The notes under the pieces were generated by a model. That model made no database searches, was not told where the DNA came from, and was given only the letters and a program-made list of their open reading frames with translations. A program made the position numbers and the translations under genes. Below are positions 39,655 through 50,934 of a DNA stretch of 64,000 nt, one piece after another; the stretch's first letter is position 1; each line of letters begins with the position of its first letter. Source of the stretch: an uncultured Acidobacteriaceae bacterium. Its GTDB lineage: Bacteria > Acidobacteriota > Terriglobia > Terriglobales > Acidobacteriaceae. The stretch covers positions 662,574 to 726,573 of the forward strand of contig CAWCJM010000003.1 in NCBI GenBank assembly GCA_963795875.1. Direction: 5' to 3'.

Positions 39655-41877
39655 CTAGTGTTGCCCCTCACCGAACCGGCGCCAAACTCTTTGCCAGAAG
39701 TCCGGATCGCGAAGGCCGCGAAGGACAAAGTATTCGTTGAATGGGCGATCATCCACAAGGGCCGGTGCCAGGGGGGAAGCTGCAATCATGGAGTCCAGCG
39801 ATATCTCGCGGCTCATCACAGTCCCAAACTGCGCTTCGGCAGTGGAACTCGGACCCCATTCCAGAAGGTCAGTGACGGCAAGTGGAGGCAAACGGCTGGC
39901 CAAGACGGACGGGGGTGTAGGAAGGATCGGGCGATCGCTGGCGAGGAAGTGAGTGCCCCAGCCGTCGATTGATCCAAACGCGCGGACGTAAGGGAAGCTC
40001 TCTTGCAGAGCGCGAGCCATTGAGGCAGTCACGTCCGCATCGGCTCCTGGCAGCCATTGCTGGAGGATGCCACCCGGACGCAGATGCTTGCTGGCCAGAG
40101 CGTAAAACTCCTTGGAATACAGGAGGCTGGAAGCAGCAGCGGCGACGGGCGGAGGCGGATCGATCGTGATGACATCGTACTGCGTCGGCGAACTCTCCAG
40201 GTAAAAGCGTCCGTCACCGATCACCACTTCTGATTGCGGCGACTTCAGGAGCGTGGGAGCATCCGGGTGGAAGAAATAGAAAACCGACGGCACGCTGGGC
40301 ACTAGTTCGACCGCAGTGGAGTGAATGCCCCAGGAGAGCATCGATCGGTGTGTGGTTCCCATTCCAAAACAGATGACCAGCGCGTTTTCCGGGGGCCGGC
40401 CCAGGAAAGCAAGGGGCAAGTGAGCCATCATTTTTGTGATTGGAGTGAGAGACGTTATTCCGACGCCGTTAATCAGCAGTCTCTTCCAATGTGGGCCACC
40501 AATGGCAACCACGGTTGCTGTGTGATCTCTCTTCACAATCCGCGATTTATATTGCTGCTCGTATCCCTTCGCATGCGCGACCAAGGCTACTGAGACCAAT
40601 ACGAGAAGAGAAGAGAACGCAAGCGAGCGGGGCTTGAAGGCATTCCGCACGGCGGAGTGGCGCGAAAAGCTAATCACCACTGCAATCACGAACCAAGGCA
40701 GAGCGAGCACGCACACAGCGAGGCGTTCGCCGACGAGAGGCAGCAATACAAATCCAGACAGCAGCGGCCCGAGAACGCAGCCGATCACATTCACTGCATA
40801 TCCATTGCCCGCCCGATCCGGATCGCCCCCGGAGTACCGATCCATCACCATGGGCGTTATGAAACCAACGAGCCCTGAAAACGGAGTGATTCCAATCACG
40901 ACTCGAAGGGCGGACGGCAACGGGACCAGCGGGTCGGCGGTCAAAAAGGGCAGTACGACCGAGAATCCAAGCATGGCCCAAAGAACACTGCCTTCCAGGC
41001 AGGTGTACTCGCGTCTCCGTCGGTATATCCAAGAGCCCAGGTAAGTTGCCGCAAGGTACAACGCCAGGATCGCAGCGAAGGCGTAGACCACGGTCCCGAG
41101 GGACGTAGTGTAGAGCCGTATCCAGACCACTTCCGCCCCCATGCTCGTCAGGCCCGTGCCGAACAGAAGCCATAACAATTGCGCATCACGCCGTGTCCGC
41201 GTCGAGGATGGCGGTGTTAGTTCCTTGGCGAGACTTGGCTCTGCTGTGAGGCGATCGTGTGAAGTGCTGAGCGTCAGCGCGACAGCGGAGGATGCCAGAA
41301 GCAAGTTCAAGACCGCGCCCACGCGAAGAGTTCCGCGAAATCCGAGCGCCTCGATCAACAACAGAGGAATGGTCGCGCCCAGTACTGCCCCCAGAACGTT
41401 GGCAAGATACAGATAGCTGAATGAGCGCTGGCTGTCGGGCGCATTGAGTTTCTTGATGGCGAACATCACAAGCGGGAAAGTCGCTCCCATGCATACGCAC
41501 CAGGGGATTAACGCAAGAGAAATCCAGGCACCCGAAAAGAGGTAGTACGTCAAAGCTGCGTTGGCCGTCGTCCGTAGGAGCAGTTCTCGTCCCCACAATA
41601 ATTCGTAAGGAACACTGACGGCGGAGATGGCAATCAACAGTTCCGCCAGGGCGTACAGGCGAAGGGGCGGAAAGGTTATGCCGTCTCCATACTTTCGCAC
41701 TAACAGGCCAGCTCCCCAAGAACCAACACCGATCCCGATCATGAATACCGAGAGAACAATGGAGACCAGACCCGTGGTCACGCCGAATTGCGCCATTGCC
41801 AAACGCAGCCACACTACTTCATAAAGAACACTGCAGAAACCGGAGACGACAAAGAACCCGAAACACCAACGATTCAT
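39655..41877 (-). CDS. Fused multi-TM domain plus spermidine-synthase-like (SAM-dependent) protein. An alternative TTG start at 42030 would overlap the upstream gene.
   Basis: MNRWCFGFFVVSGFCSVLYEVVWLRLAMAQFG..., many TM segments, and a C-terminal block ...ALVICFGMGTTHRSML...YDVITIDPPPP...LYSKEFYALASKHLRPGGILQQW, typical of spermidine synthase-like folds. Confidence 0.75.
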   Translation of the reverse strand: MNRWCFGFFVVSGFCSVLYEVVWLRLAMAQFGVTTGLVSIVLSVFMIGIGVGSWGAGLLVRKYGDGITFPPLRLYALAELLIAISAVSVPYELLWGRELLLRTTANAALTYYLFSGAWISLALIPWCVCMGATFPLVMFAIKKLNAPDSQRSFSYLYLANVLGAVLGATIPLLLIEALGFRGTLRVGAVLNLLLASSAVALTLSTSHDRLTAEPSLAKELTPPSSTRTRRDAQLLWLLFGTGLTSMGAEVVWIRLYTTSLGTVVYAFAAILALYLAATYLGSWIYRRRREYTCLEGSVLWAMLGFSVVLPFLTADPLVPLPSALRVVIGITPFSGLVGFITPMVMDRYSGGDPDRAGNGYAVNVIGCVLGPLLSGFVLLPLVGERLAVCVLALPWFVIAVVISFSRHSAVRNAFKPRSLAFSSLLVLVSVALVAHAKGYEQQYKSRIVKRDHTATVVAIGGPHWKRLLINGVGITSLTPITKMMAHLPLAFLGRPPENALVICFGMGTTHRSMLSWGIHSTAVELVPSVPSVFYFFHPDAPTLLKSPQSEVVIGDGRFYLESSPTQYDVITIDPPPPVAAAASSLLYSKEFYALASKHLRPGGILQQWLPGADADVTASMARALQESFPYVRAFGSIDGWGTHFLASDRPILPTPPSVLASRLPPLAVTDLLEWGPSSTAEAQFGTVMSREISLDSMIAASPLAPALVDDRPFNEYFVLRGLRDPDFWQRVWRRFGEGQH

Positions 41878-42022
41878 AGATTTCCCTGAGCCCTTCCAAG
41901 CTCGACAATCCATTCCTGAGTGAGAAATCACACTATAACAAAACAGTAGCCCCGGACTCTCCGCCTGCGAGCTCAAGTTCGCGAGAGAAGCCGCAATCCA
42001 CTTGCGGGTTGAGAAGTTCGAG

Positions 42023-43438
42023 TTACACAAAGTCGACGACGATCAGGGTGATGTCATCCTGCTGGTGGACGGAAGGGGTTCGCCACTTTGCGAGTTCGGA
42101 GAGCAGTTGCCGTGAGAGATCCGAGGCGGGCTCCGAACGATGATCGCGGACGACCTGCTCGAGTTGCCGGTCGCCGAACGCCTCCCCGGTGCCATTTTCC
42201 GGTTCGGTCACGCCGTCGGTATACAGCAGGATGCGGTCCTGGGGCTCAATCGGCACCGTACATACAGGGTACTGAGAATCAGACGTGATGCCGAACAACA
42301 GCCCGTTGCTCTCGATCCGCTGCATTTCATTCGTCGCGTTTCGCCAGCAGAAGAGCGGGGGATGCCCGGCAGCTGAGTACAGCGCCCTGCGGTTGACCAG
42401 ATCGATCCAAAGATAAGCGGCTGAGGCAAGTTGGCCGTGTGCTTCGTTGGACAAGATGCGATTCAATCCGCCAAGCACCTGCGCGGGATCATCCGCAAAA
42501 CTCGCTACGGCCTGCATGGCCACTTTGATCATCGAAGAAATAAGTGCGGCTGGGATGCCGTGCCCGGAAACGTCGGCAACAAGAATGCCCAGATGAGTAC
42601 TGTCAGTGCGGACGAACTGGTAGAAATCGCCCGCGACCGCAGTCATGGGAAGGTAAGAAGCCGCGATCCGCAAGTTCTTCAGGTCGGGAATACTCGCGGG
42701 AAGAATGGAAGACTGTATCTGCCGCGCTGTTTCCAGTTCCGTCTCGATGGAAAGCAGACGACGCTCGTTGGTAAACACGATCTGAAGAGCCACATATCCC
42801 AGCGAAAACAGAAGAACGACAAAGCCCAACGAGTCTAATAAAGGCAGCGCGCGATAGTTCAGCACAGTCCCCAAGTTGGTGTACAGCACCTCCAACGCAA
42901 AAATGAGCCCACCAAGCGCCAGAACTCGGTGATTCGGTATCACGAGTAACGTGGAGAATCTTGGAACCAGCACAACAGCTAACAGGACAGGCGTGCCGAG
43001 AACTGCGAGCAGGTTGTTGTAGAACATCCATTTGTCGGCTGCGCCACCGAGGACGAACGTGCCAATACCCAGCAGAGCAATTGCCGACCCCACGAAGATT
43101 TCCAGTTGGATGAGAATCCTGAGTTTGCCGAGGGTCAGCTCGCGCCAGGCGAACAAAGCGGAAACCAGGAGCAGGTACCTGACCGCCGTCTGGACATAAG
43201 GAGCGACAGGCATGAGGGAGTGCGGCAGAACCGTCAACATGGTGGTCGTCTGCCCCAGGGTTTGAAGGCCGTACATCGCGCTGAAGATTCCCCACCATGT
43301 CAGGATGCCAAAGCCCCTTCGCCAACGGATCGTTGCGATGGCGCAGGCGGTTACTCCAACGGTCAGGAAAGCCGTTCCCAGGACGATATCGATCACATCG
43401 CCGCGTAGCGTCGCTAAGGCTGTATCTGCTGCGTTCAT
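42023..43438 (-). CDS. PP2C/SpoIIE-family serine phosphatase with N-terminal multi-TM sensor domain
   Basis: ARQIQSSILPASIPDLKNLRIAASYLPMTAVAGDFYQF...LGILVADVSGHGIPAALISSMIK...RILLYTDGVTE. Confidence 0.8.
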   Translation of the reverse strand: MNAADTALATLRGDVIDIVLGTAFLTVGVTACAIATIRWRRGFGILTWWGIFSAMYGLQTLGQTTTMLTVLPHSLMPVAPYVQTAVRYLLLVSALFAWRELTLGKLRILIQLEIFVGSAIALLGIGTFVLGGAADKWMFYNNLLAVLGTPVLLAVVLVPRFSTLLVIPNHRVLALGGLIFALEVLYTNLGTVLNYRALPLLDSLGFVVLLFSLGYVALQIVFTNERRLLSIETELETARQIQSSILPASIPDLKNLRIAASYLPMTAVAGDFYQFVRTDSTHLGILVADVSGHGIPAALISSMIKVAMQAVASFADDPAQVLGGLNRILSNEAHGQLASAAYLWIDLVNRRALYSAAGHPPLFCWRNATNEMQRIESNGLLFGITSDSQYPVCTVPIEPQDRILLYTDGVTEPENGTGEAFGDRQLEQVVRDHRSEPASDLSRQLLSELAKWRTPSVHQQDDITLIVVDFV

Positions 43439-43615
43439 GTCTACGAGTCGAATAATAGGGGAGTCGCGGCTGTAGTTGCGTGATGCAAATCACACTCGCG
43501 GGGATGTGCAGAGGGCATGTGGCGAGGGGTGTGGAGAGGGTGCACAGGGGACGTGCACAATGGCGCCCTCGCTCGAGCCGATTTTCGCAGGGGATTACAG
43601 CGGGAGGCGGGAAGC

Positions 43616-45710
43616 TTACTTCTTCTTTCCCATCTTGCGGGAAATCTCTTCGTAGATCTTGGGGCGCATTTCGGCGAGCACGCTGTCCACAATGCTGGCG
43701 ATGCCGGCATCGGGATCGGAGGTCGCAGATGCTGCCTCGGGAGTCTTCTCGGCTCCCGCAGCCACTGCGAGAGCGGCCGCGTCCTCAGGGGGAGAGGCCG
43801 GGACAGACGCTTCTTCCGCGCTTTTCGGCGCCGGTTCTGCCGACGCTGAGGGCGCGCCCGTTTCACGAGTGCGATGCCAACTGGCCCATGCCGCCGCGGT
43901 CGATTCGGTCGCGTCGGATTCGCCGTTGACTACATCCGCCGAGGTTGCTGATGCTGGTTCGCTAGTCGACGGCGCAGCTCACTTCTGAAACCTGGGCCGC
44001 AGCCGATTCTTCGGCACGAACTTCTTCGACGGGAGTGGACACCGTCGGAGCAGGCGTCTCTGCTTTTGATTCTTCGTGCGCGATTTCCGCGACTTCCGGT
44101 TGCGCTGCTTCCGCTTTCGGAGCCTCCGCCTCTTCGACGGTAGGGACGGGACTGGCCTCAACGGTCGCTTCGGCGACTGCTTCTGAGATCTCAGGCGCTT
44201 TGGCCTCAGCTTCAATGGCCTTTTCGGTGGGAGTCGGCTCCTGTGCCGCTGGAGCGGGAGTCATCTGCTGCTCGTACGATGCAGCGACAGCTTCCAGTTC
44301 TTTCACGGCGGCGCTGATCGCGTCGGTGGCAGCGTGGGCCACCTCGGTCAATGTCTGCACTGCTTCTGGCGCTGGCGTCGCGGGTACTTCAGCAACGGGT
44401 TCGGTCGGAGCGATGGCGGCCGGCGATGAAGTTTCGACTGCCGCTGGCTGGGTTTCTGGCACAGCCGTGGTGCTGCCCGCGTGGCCACTTTCGGCTGCGG
44501 CGAAGGCAGCGTACGCCTTCTGCATTTCGTGTTCGAGTGAAATCGCAGCTTCCTCGGGCGCAAGCGCAACTGATACAGCGGTCCAACGCGAGACCGCGGC
44601 AGAGGACTGCGCTCCTGCAGCTGCGGCCGCTGCCAGGGTGACCGGCTCGTCGGCGGTGTGGCCGGAGGCGCGGTGCAACCACGACCCGTTCCCCGAACCA
44701 GCAGCGTGCGCGGCGCTAGCCTCTGCTTCCAGGCTAGAGATCGCTGCCATCACATCGGCTGGGTTGGGAGCGGAGATGCCGGCCGCTTCCTTCGGAGACT
44801 CGCTGGCTTTTTCCGCAGCGGCTTCGATCTTTTCTTCGGATTTCTGTTCCGCGAAAGTCGCTACTGGCTGGCTTGCGGGAACGTCGTGAGGAGTTTCAAC
44901 CACGGCGGACGGCACTGCTTCCGCTTTCTGTTCCGTATTGAATTCCGGTTCAGACTTATCTTCTGCGATTTTGCCCTTCACCTGTGCAGCGGCCGCCGCC
45001 AGCGCGGCAATCTCTTCGGGAGTCACGTCCTTGGGCAGGCCTTCGGGCGCGAGCGCGCCAAGATCGACCTTTGTCTCCTCCGCCTTGGGCTCCTGCGGTT
45101 GCTCCGCCGTCTTGCGCTCGACGACCGTGCGCAAGTCCTTGTTCATGGCGTTGTAAATCGCGGAATCGTCGCCATCCTCTTGCGCGGCTGCTTCTTTTTT
45201 CTTGGGAGGAAATGCGATCCGGTTCTTCCATCCCGAATCTTCGTCTCGATCGCGACGCGTCTTGTCGTAACGGCCTTCGTCGAGCGCGGCGGTTGGCGCG
45301 CGCAAAGCGGCCCGGCTTGGAGGGTTCGGCACGGGGCACAATCTTGTCTTCGAGCTTGCTGAGTGCGCTCAGCAACTCGCTGGCTTCAAAGGGCTTAACG
45401 ATGAAGCCATCGGCGCGCACGCGCTTGGCTTCTTCCGGCTTGAAGGGCTCCAGTTTGCCCACCGTCAGCAGGACCGGGAACACGCGCGGTTTCCTGCGCT
45501 TCCTTGAGGCGCTGGCACACTTCCAGCCCGCTGTAGCCGGGCATGTAGACGTCGAGGACGATGAGGTCGGGCTTCTGTCTCGGCGATCTTCTTCAGCGCC
45601 GCGGACCCGTTGTTGACCGTGATGACTTCGTATCCCGCATCCGCGAGGATCTTCCGCCCCATGTTCTGAGCGGTCACGCTGTCATCGGCGAGCAGTATCT
45701 TCCGGGCCAA
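43616..45710 (-). CDS. Response-regulator receiver domain fused to about 500 aa of Ala/Glu/Pro-rich low-complexity region and a short conserved C-terminus; at least 3 apparent frameshifts
   Basis: TTG start after a GAGG; KILLADDSVTAQNMGRKILADAGYEVITVNNGSAALKKIAE. After a shift: PVLLTVGKLEPFKPEEAKRVRADGFIVKPFEASELLSAL. ORF 43962-45341 is the low-complexity part. The end reads GIASIVDSVLAEMRPKIYEEISRKMGKKK* (stop 43616-43618). Confidence 0.7.
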
Positions 45711-45930
45711 AGGTTTCCTCTGATGAGGGGAGATAGCGCGAAGGTAACCCGAGCCACAACCTAAGTCAATGATCCAGAAGGGAAGTAACCGGTTACCAGT
45801 GGTCAGCACCTAGTGCGTAAGGGCTGGACAGCCATGGCTCGGACTCGCCTCGATAGAGCCAGCTCCGGCTCGCAGAAATCAGGTTCGGGCCGGGCTGACA
45901 GGCTGACGGCTGATAGCTGTCGAGCGGGTT

Positions 45931-47404
45931 CTAGAACGGAACGATCTTCTTCAGTCCCTTCTTTTTCTTCTTCTTGCTGCTGGAAATATCCTTGTCGCTG
46001 GCAGGGCGTATTGTCGGCACTCGCGGTCGCGGAGAGACGAAGACGACTGGCCCTGAATGGATCTCATTCACCTGCGCCGGCGGAGGCAGAGCCTGATCGG
46101 TTCCGCTGTCGACCGGCTTCAGTTCGTTGGGATCGGGCTGAGCATTCGGCTTCAGTTCATTGGGATCAGGTCCGGCTGGCGGTGTAGCCGCCGCGGCAGG
46201 AGGTGCTCCGAAAGGCAGAGCCTCCCGGCGGAGTCGCGTCAGAAGGCGGAGTGCTCCCATCGGCTGATTGGGCTTTACGATTTCCACGCCCGCGACATTG
46301 TTGCCGGGCATGCCCATGCGCCACCGCCATCGTCTCTTGGTGGATGACCTCGTTCGCGGCGATCGCGGCTCGGATCCACCAGCGGCGGATCGCCCACCTT
46401 CGCCGCCTGGGCCACGTCGGGGCCTTTCTTCATCAGGCCCATCAACTTCTGCACCGTGGTCGATTCGCTGCGGCTGTCGATTTCGGCCCGGTTCTGCGCG
46501 ACCTCTGCCTTGGTCGGCCGCGGGAATCGGCTGGTGCAGAGCGGCCAGGCGATTCTTGGCATCATCGGAACGATCCATCAGCGGATAGCGCGTGAGAATC
46601 TTGTCGTAGGCCTTCGCAGCCTGCTTTGGTGAACTCGTCCGATGTAGGCGGCTTTGACCGCTTCGGTGGCGCAACCTCGCGGCATGCCGTGTACGTCGCA
46701 CGTGGGCGTGATCCGCATGCGCGCAATCTGTCCTTCGTAGTTCTGTCCCAGCAGATACAGCGCCTCATCGGCGCGGCTGTACAGCGGATATCTTTTCCAC
46801 CAGCGATTGCAGACGCGCGATCGATGCCGGATAAGACTGGCGCAGGTAGTAGAAGCGTCCAATTTCAAATTCGCGATCGGCCAGCACTTCCTGCACTTCC
46901 AGCAGGCGCTGCTTGGCTTCAGGCACCAGCTTGCTGTCGGGATACTGCAGAATCAATTTGCGGTATTCATCCTCGGCGCGCTTGGCGTTGGTGTAGTCGC
47001 GATCGGCCTTTTCCATCTGCTGGTAATGGATGTTGGCGATCTTCAGCTGCGCTTCGGCCGCTTCCGGCATGTTGGGGAAGAAGATCTCGAAATCGTTGTA
47101 TTCCTGCTCGGCCTGGGCCAGAGCAGCCGTGCCGCCTTCGGCGTACCACGAGTCGCCGACTGCCAGTTTGGCGCGGGCAATGTACTCGGAGTCCGGATAA
47201 GTATTGATCAGGGTCTGCAGCGTGAGGCGCGCCACGTCAAAGCGGTTGTGCCGCATGGCGTCCATGGCCTTGTCGAACAGGACTTTGTCGGGCTGCTTCG
47301 ATCCGACACCGGCCAGCGGGTTCACCGACTTCTTGTTGGTGCAGGCGATGGTGAGTCACCAGCAGCATGCCCAACACGATCATCAACGGAATTCGACGTG
47401 ACAT
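45931..47404 (-). CDS. bamD: Outer-membrane assembly lipoprotein BamD-like (TPR) with an extended Pro/Lys-rich C-terminus; at least 4 apparent frameshifts
   Basis: MSRRIPLMIVLGMLLV, then after a shift the lipobox LTIAC-TNKK. KVLFDKAMDAMRHNRFDVARLTLQTLINTYPDSEYIARAKLAVGDSWY..., ...RYPLYSRADEALYLLGQNYE..., and the end ...KKKKKGLKKIVPF*. Confidence 0.7.
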
Positions 47405-47421
47405 TAAGACCTCGATGTTCA

Positions 47422-47464
47422 GGTGTGGGGCCGGGTCCTCGCCCGTCCGCCGAGCGAAGCTCGG
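47422..47464 (-). repeat. Hairpin-repeat family copy (reverse complement 'gccgagcttcgctcggcggacgggcgaggacccggccccacacc')
   Basis: About 85% identical to 60856-60900. Shares the cgagc-ttc-gctcg hairpin with 629-641. Confidence 0.6.
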
Positions 47465-47520
47465 CTCTTTCTCGTCGTGCCTTCGATCGTGCGGCTGGCT
47501 GCCTTGATCTGGTCCGCAGC

Positions 47521-47568
47521 GAGCGGCCGGGCCTTGCCCGGACTGCCGGGTCTGAGACCCGGTCCCAC
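47521..47568 (+). repeat. GC-rich double-hairpin (REP-like) element, intergenic copy (downstream of rpe)
   Basis: 'gagcggccgggccttgcccggactgccgggtctgagacccggtcccac'. The 23-nt core is identical to the copy inside valS (1558-1602, opposite strand). Confidence 0.7.
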
Positions 47569-47587
47569 TAAAAGAAGAACTAAACTT

Positions 47588-48253
47588 TCAGCATGCAGCT
47601 TCTGTCGCCGCCTTCAGCAGAGCCTGCGCATTCTTGCTTGGATCACCATTCCCGAACACGGCGTTGCCCGCCACCAGAATTTCTGCTCCGGCCCGCACCA
47701 CATCGGCGACGGTATCGAGTGCCACGCCGCCATCCACTTCGATGCGGTAATGCAGGCCGCGTTGTCTGCGAATCTCAGCTAAGCGCCGCATTTTGTGCAG
47801 AGTGGACGGAATAAACTTCTGCGCCCCAAACCCCGGATTCACCGACATCACCAGCACATAGTCCACAATGTCGAGCACTTCCGAAAGCGTATCGACCGGC
47901 GTCGCCGGATTGATCACCACGCCCGCCAGGCAATCGTGACTCTTGATCAGATGCAGAGTTCGGTTCAGGTGCCGGCAGGCTTCCTGATGCACGGAAATCC
48001 AGTCCGCGCCCGCCTCGGCAAACGCGGGAATGAATTCGTCCGGATTCTCGATCATCAGGTGGCAGTCGAGCGGCAACTTCGTCGCCTTGCGCAGCGACTT
48101 TACGACCGGCGGACCGATGGTAAGGTTCGGAACGAAGTGGCCATCCATGATATCGACGTGGATGACACTGCCGCCGCCTTCGCCCGCGGCGCGCACCTGC
48201 TCGCCCAGCCGGGCAAAATCAGCCGAAAGAATCGACGGTGCCAGTTCGATCAA
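47588..48253 (-). CDS. rpe: Ribulose-phosphate 3-epimerase (start codon uncertain; TTG at 48253 proposed)
   Basis: [17 protein letters not shown]...[25 protein letters not shown]...DCHLMI...[12 protein letters not shown]...IEVDGGV. Confidence 0.9.
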   Translation of the reverse strand: MIELAPSILSADFARLGEQVRAAGEGGGSVIHVDIMDGHFVPNLTIGPPVVKSLRKATKLPLDCHLMIENPDEFIPAFAEAGADWISVHQEACRHLNRTLHLIKSHDCLAGVVINPATPVDTLSEVLDIVDYVLVMSVNPGFGAQKFIPSTLHKMRRLAEIRRQRGLHYRIEVDGGVALDTVADVVRAGAEILVAGNAVFGNGDPSKNAQALLKAATEAAC

Positions 48254-48399
48254 ACCTGAGCTCTCAGAACCTGATTTCTCAGACCATTTGCAAGGAAGAC
48301 GGCGTGTGGAAATTCTAACACGTGGGAACCCGGGACCGACTACCAAGTGCCGGCCGTAAAATAGGGCCAATAGTGCCCCGACTCAAACAACCGCCATGC

Positions 48400-48937
48400 T
48401 TAGTTCTGCCCGGGAGCTGCGCTTTCCGGCTTCTTAGGAGCTGGCTTTCCATCTCCCTCATCTCTTGTTCCATGCGATCTTTCCACTCCCCCAGGTATTT
48501 GCTCATGATCGGCATGGCAGCCTGCGATCCCTCCTGCATCACCGCGGGCAACTGTTGCAGAACTTTCTGGCCAACCGGCGAAGAATAGAACGCATTCATC
48601 GCCTCGATGTCGCTCTTGCTGAAATGTTGCTGGTAGGCAGGAATCATGGCCTGCGTGATCTCATCGATCGGCATGCCCTTGACCAGGTCGTCCATCGCTT
48701 TCTTAAATGCGCGTCGAAATCCGGAGGAACGCTGCCTTTATCCTTGATGATCTGATCGTGAAACAACTGCTGCATGTTCTGGGATTGAATCTCCATGATC
48801 TGCTGAATCATGTCGTGAGTGTGCATGGTGCGGAGGTAGAGAATGACGTCATCTTTGGAGGCCGGTTCATCCGCAGTTTGCGCCAGAACAGGAACAGCGA
48901 AAGCGAGGCAGGCAAGAGCGATCCGCAAACGCTTCAT
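48400..48937 (-). CDS. Secreted DUF2059-like protein; about 2 apparent frameshifts
   Basis: Signal MKRLRIALACLAFAVPVLAQ. ...DDLVKGMPIDEITQAMIPAYQQHFSKSDIEAMNAFYSSPVGQKVLQQLPAVMQE. The shifted C-terminus reads ...GKPAPKKPESAAPGQN* (stop 48400-48402). Confidence 0.6.
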
Positions 48938-49050
48938 AAATCCTCCGAGGACTTCAAAACAGCCTATCCCAAGCGATGTGCGCGATCCAACGATTTCGCT
49001 GTTTGTAGCCTTTGTTCACCCGCGTGTTACCCTCGTCCGGCGTGTCCTCC

Positions 49051-49905
49051 ATGACACAATTCGCTCCCGCTGCCTACAGCGTGGCCGCGGTATTTCTCTG
49101 GGGCGCCGCCGATTTTGCGGGTGGATACGGATCGCGCCGCGCCAACGCCTTCGTGCTGACGGCGTTTTCGCATGTCTGCGCGATTCGCCCTGATGTTCGC
49201 GATTGCGCTCGCGCAGCATGGGGCATTCCCTTCCCGCGCGAGCATCGTCTGGGCGTTGATCGCCGGGGCGTCGGGAGGATTCTCGCTCGCTGTTTTCTAT
49301 CGCGCGCTGGCTTCCGGGCAAATGGGCTTGACGGCGCCCATCGCAGCCTTGGTGGGTGCGGCCATACCCACCATGGTGGACATCGCGATGGAAGGCGCGC
49401 CCAGCCGCTGGACGATCGGCGGCTTCGTGCTCGCCATGCTGGCGATCTGGCTGATCACGCGGCCGGAACCTTCGAGGCGAAGAAAGATCCTGCTGGGCCG
49501 GCCGGCAGGTGTCGGCATGGCTGCGCTCGCCGGAGTCGGATTCGCCGGCTTCTATCTGTGCATCCACCAGGCCAGCGGCTCGCCGGTCTGGATCGCGGCC
49601 ATTTCGCGCATCGGATCGTTCACCGCCACGCAGTCGCGGTGATTGCGACCCGCGCGCCGCTCACGCTGGATCGTCCCCGCGCCGCGCTCGGCATGGTGGC
49701 CGGATTCTTCGACATCACCGCCAGCGCCCTGTTCATTTACGCCAGCCAGCACGGGCGGCTGGATGAAGCAGTGGTGATCACTTCTCTGTACCCGGCCGTG
49801 ACCGTGCTGCTGGCCCGTCTGGTCCTGAAAGAGCACTTCAGCCGATGGAAGTTCGTGGGCTTGCTGGCGGCGCTGGCCGCGGTGCCGTTGATCGCGGCTG
49901 GGTAG
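49051..49905 (+). CDS. EamA/DMT-family transporter; at least 2 apparent frameshifts
   Basis: MTQFAPAAYSVAAVFLWGAADFAGG..., ...ALIAGASGGFSLAVFYRALASGQMGLTAPI..., ...ITSLYPAVTVLLARLVLKEHFSRWKFVGLLAALAAVPLIA. Confidence 0.7.
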   Translation: MTQFAPAAYSVAAVFLWGAADFAGGYGSRRANAFVLTAFSHVCAIRPDVRDCARAAWGIPFPREHRLGVDRRGVGRILARCFLSRAGFRANGLDGAHRSLGGCGHTHHGGHRDGRRAQPLDDRRLRARHAGDLADHAAGTFEAKKDPAGPAGRCRHGCARRSRIRRLLSVHPPGQRLAGLDRGHFAHRIVHRHAVAVIATRAPLTLDRPRAALGMVAGFFDITASALFIYASQHGRLDEAVVITSLYPAVTVLLARLVLKEHFSRWKFVGLLAALAAVPLIAAG

Positions 49906-50018
49906 CGGCATTCCATATTCCAGAATATGGAATAGCAATGCCTCATGGAGTCGACTGCTGCCAATGGAGACCGACTCGGCATTCGCAAGCCGGCGACTGC
50001 TGCTGCTAGCATCGCAAT

Positions 50019-50837
50019 GTGCCGCTGCTCGAAATCCGTAACCTGACGAAAGTCTTTCCGCATGGCGAATCGCCATTTGGCGGGAAATCGCGCGGAGAAG
50101 TGCGCGCGGTCGATGACGTTTCGCTCGACATTCATGCTGGCGAGACGCTTGGCCTCGTCGGGGAATCCGGTTCGGGCAAGAGCACGCTGGGGCGCCTGAT
50201 TCTGCGTCTGATCGAGCCGACTTCGGGTCGCGTGCAGTTCGAGGGCCGCGATCTGCTGGCCGCCGGCCGAGGCGAAATGCGGCGGCCTGCGCCGCGACAT
50301 GCAGATTATTTTTCAGGATCCGTTTGCCTCGCTCGATCCGCGCTTTCGCGTGGAAGACGTCATTGCCGAGCCGCTGATCATTCATGGGGGCACGTCGGAA
50401 CGCGCTCGAAGTAGTCGGGAAGCTCGAAATTCGCGACCCGAGTTGGTCGCGAACTGCTGCGCGCCGTGGGGCTCGACGAATCGGCGCGCACGCGCTATCC
50501 GCACGAATTTTCCGGGGGACAGCGCCAGCGCATCGGAATCGCCCGCGCGCTGGCGCTGCGGCCGAAGTTCATGGTGTGCGACGAGCCGGTCTCGGCGCTC
50601 GACGTCAGCGTGGGCGCGCAGATCGTCAACCTGCTGGCGCAATTGCAGCGCGACTTCGGCTTGACTTATTTGTTCATCTCGCACTCGATGCCGGTGGTGC
50701 GCTATCTCTCGACGCGCATCGCGGTGATGTACCGGGGAAAGATTGTCGAAGTCGGCGACACCGCGCAGATCACCGAGCGGCCTGCGCACGCTTATACGCG
50801 CAGCCTGCTCGAGGCCACGCCGGAGTTGCTCGCGTAG
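50019..50837 (+). CDS. ABC transporter ATP-binding protein (DppF/OppF-like), orphan; about 3 apparent frameshifts
   Basis: Walker [22 protein letters not shown], signature [15 protein letters not shown], Walker [18 protein letters not shown]. Confidence 0.8.
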
Positions 50838-50934
50838 AATCCCAACTCTCTAACCACTAAGGACGCTAAGGTTCACGAAGGAAAGGCAAATCATAGGGTT
50901 CTTCATAACCGCAGCGAAGATCAGCCGTGCCATA

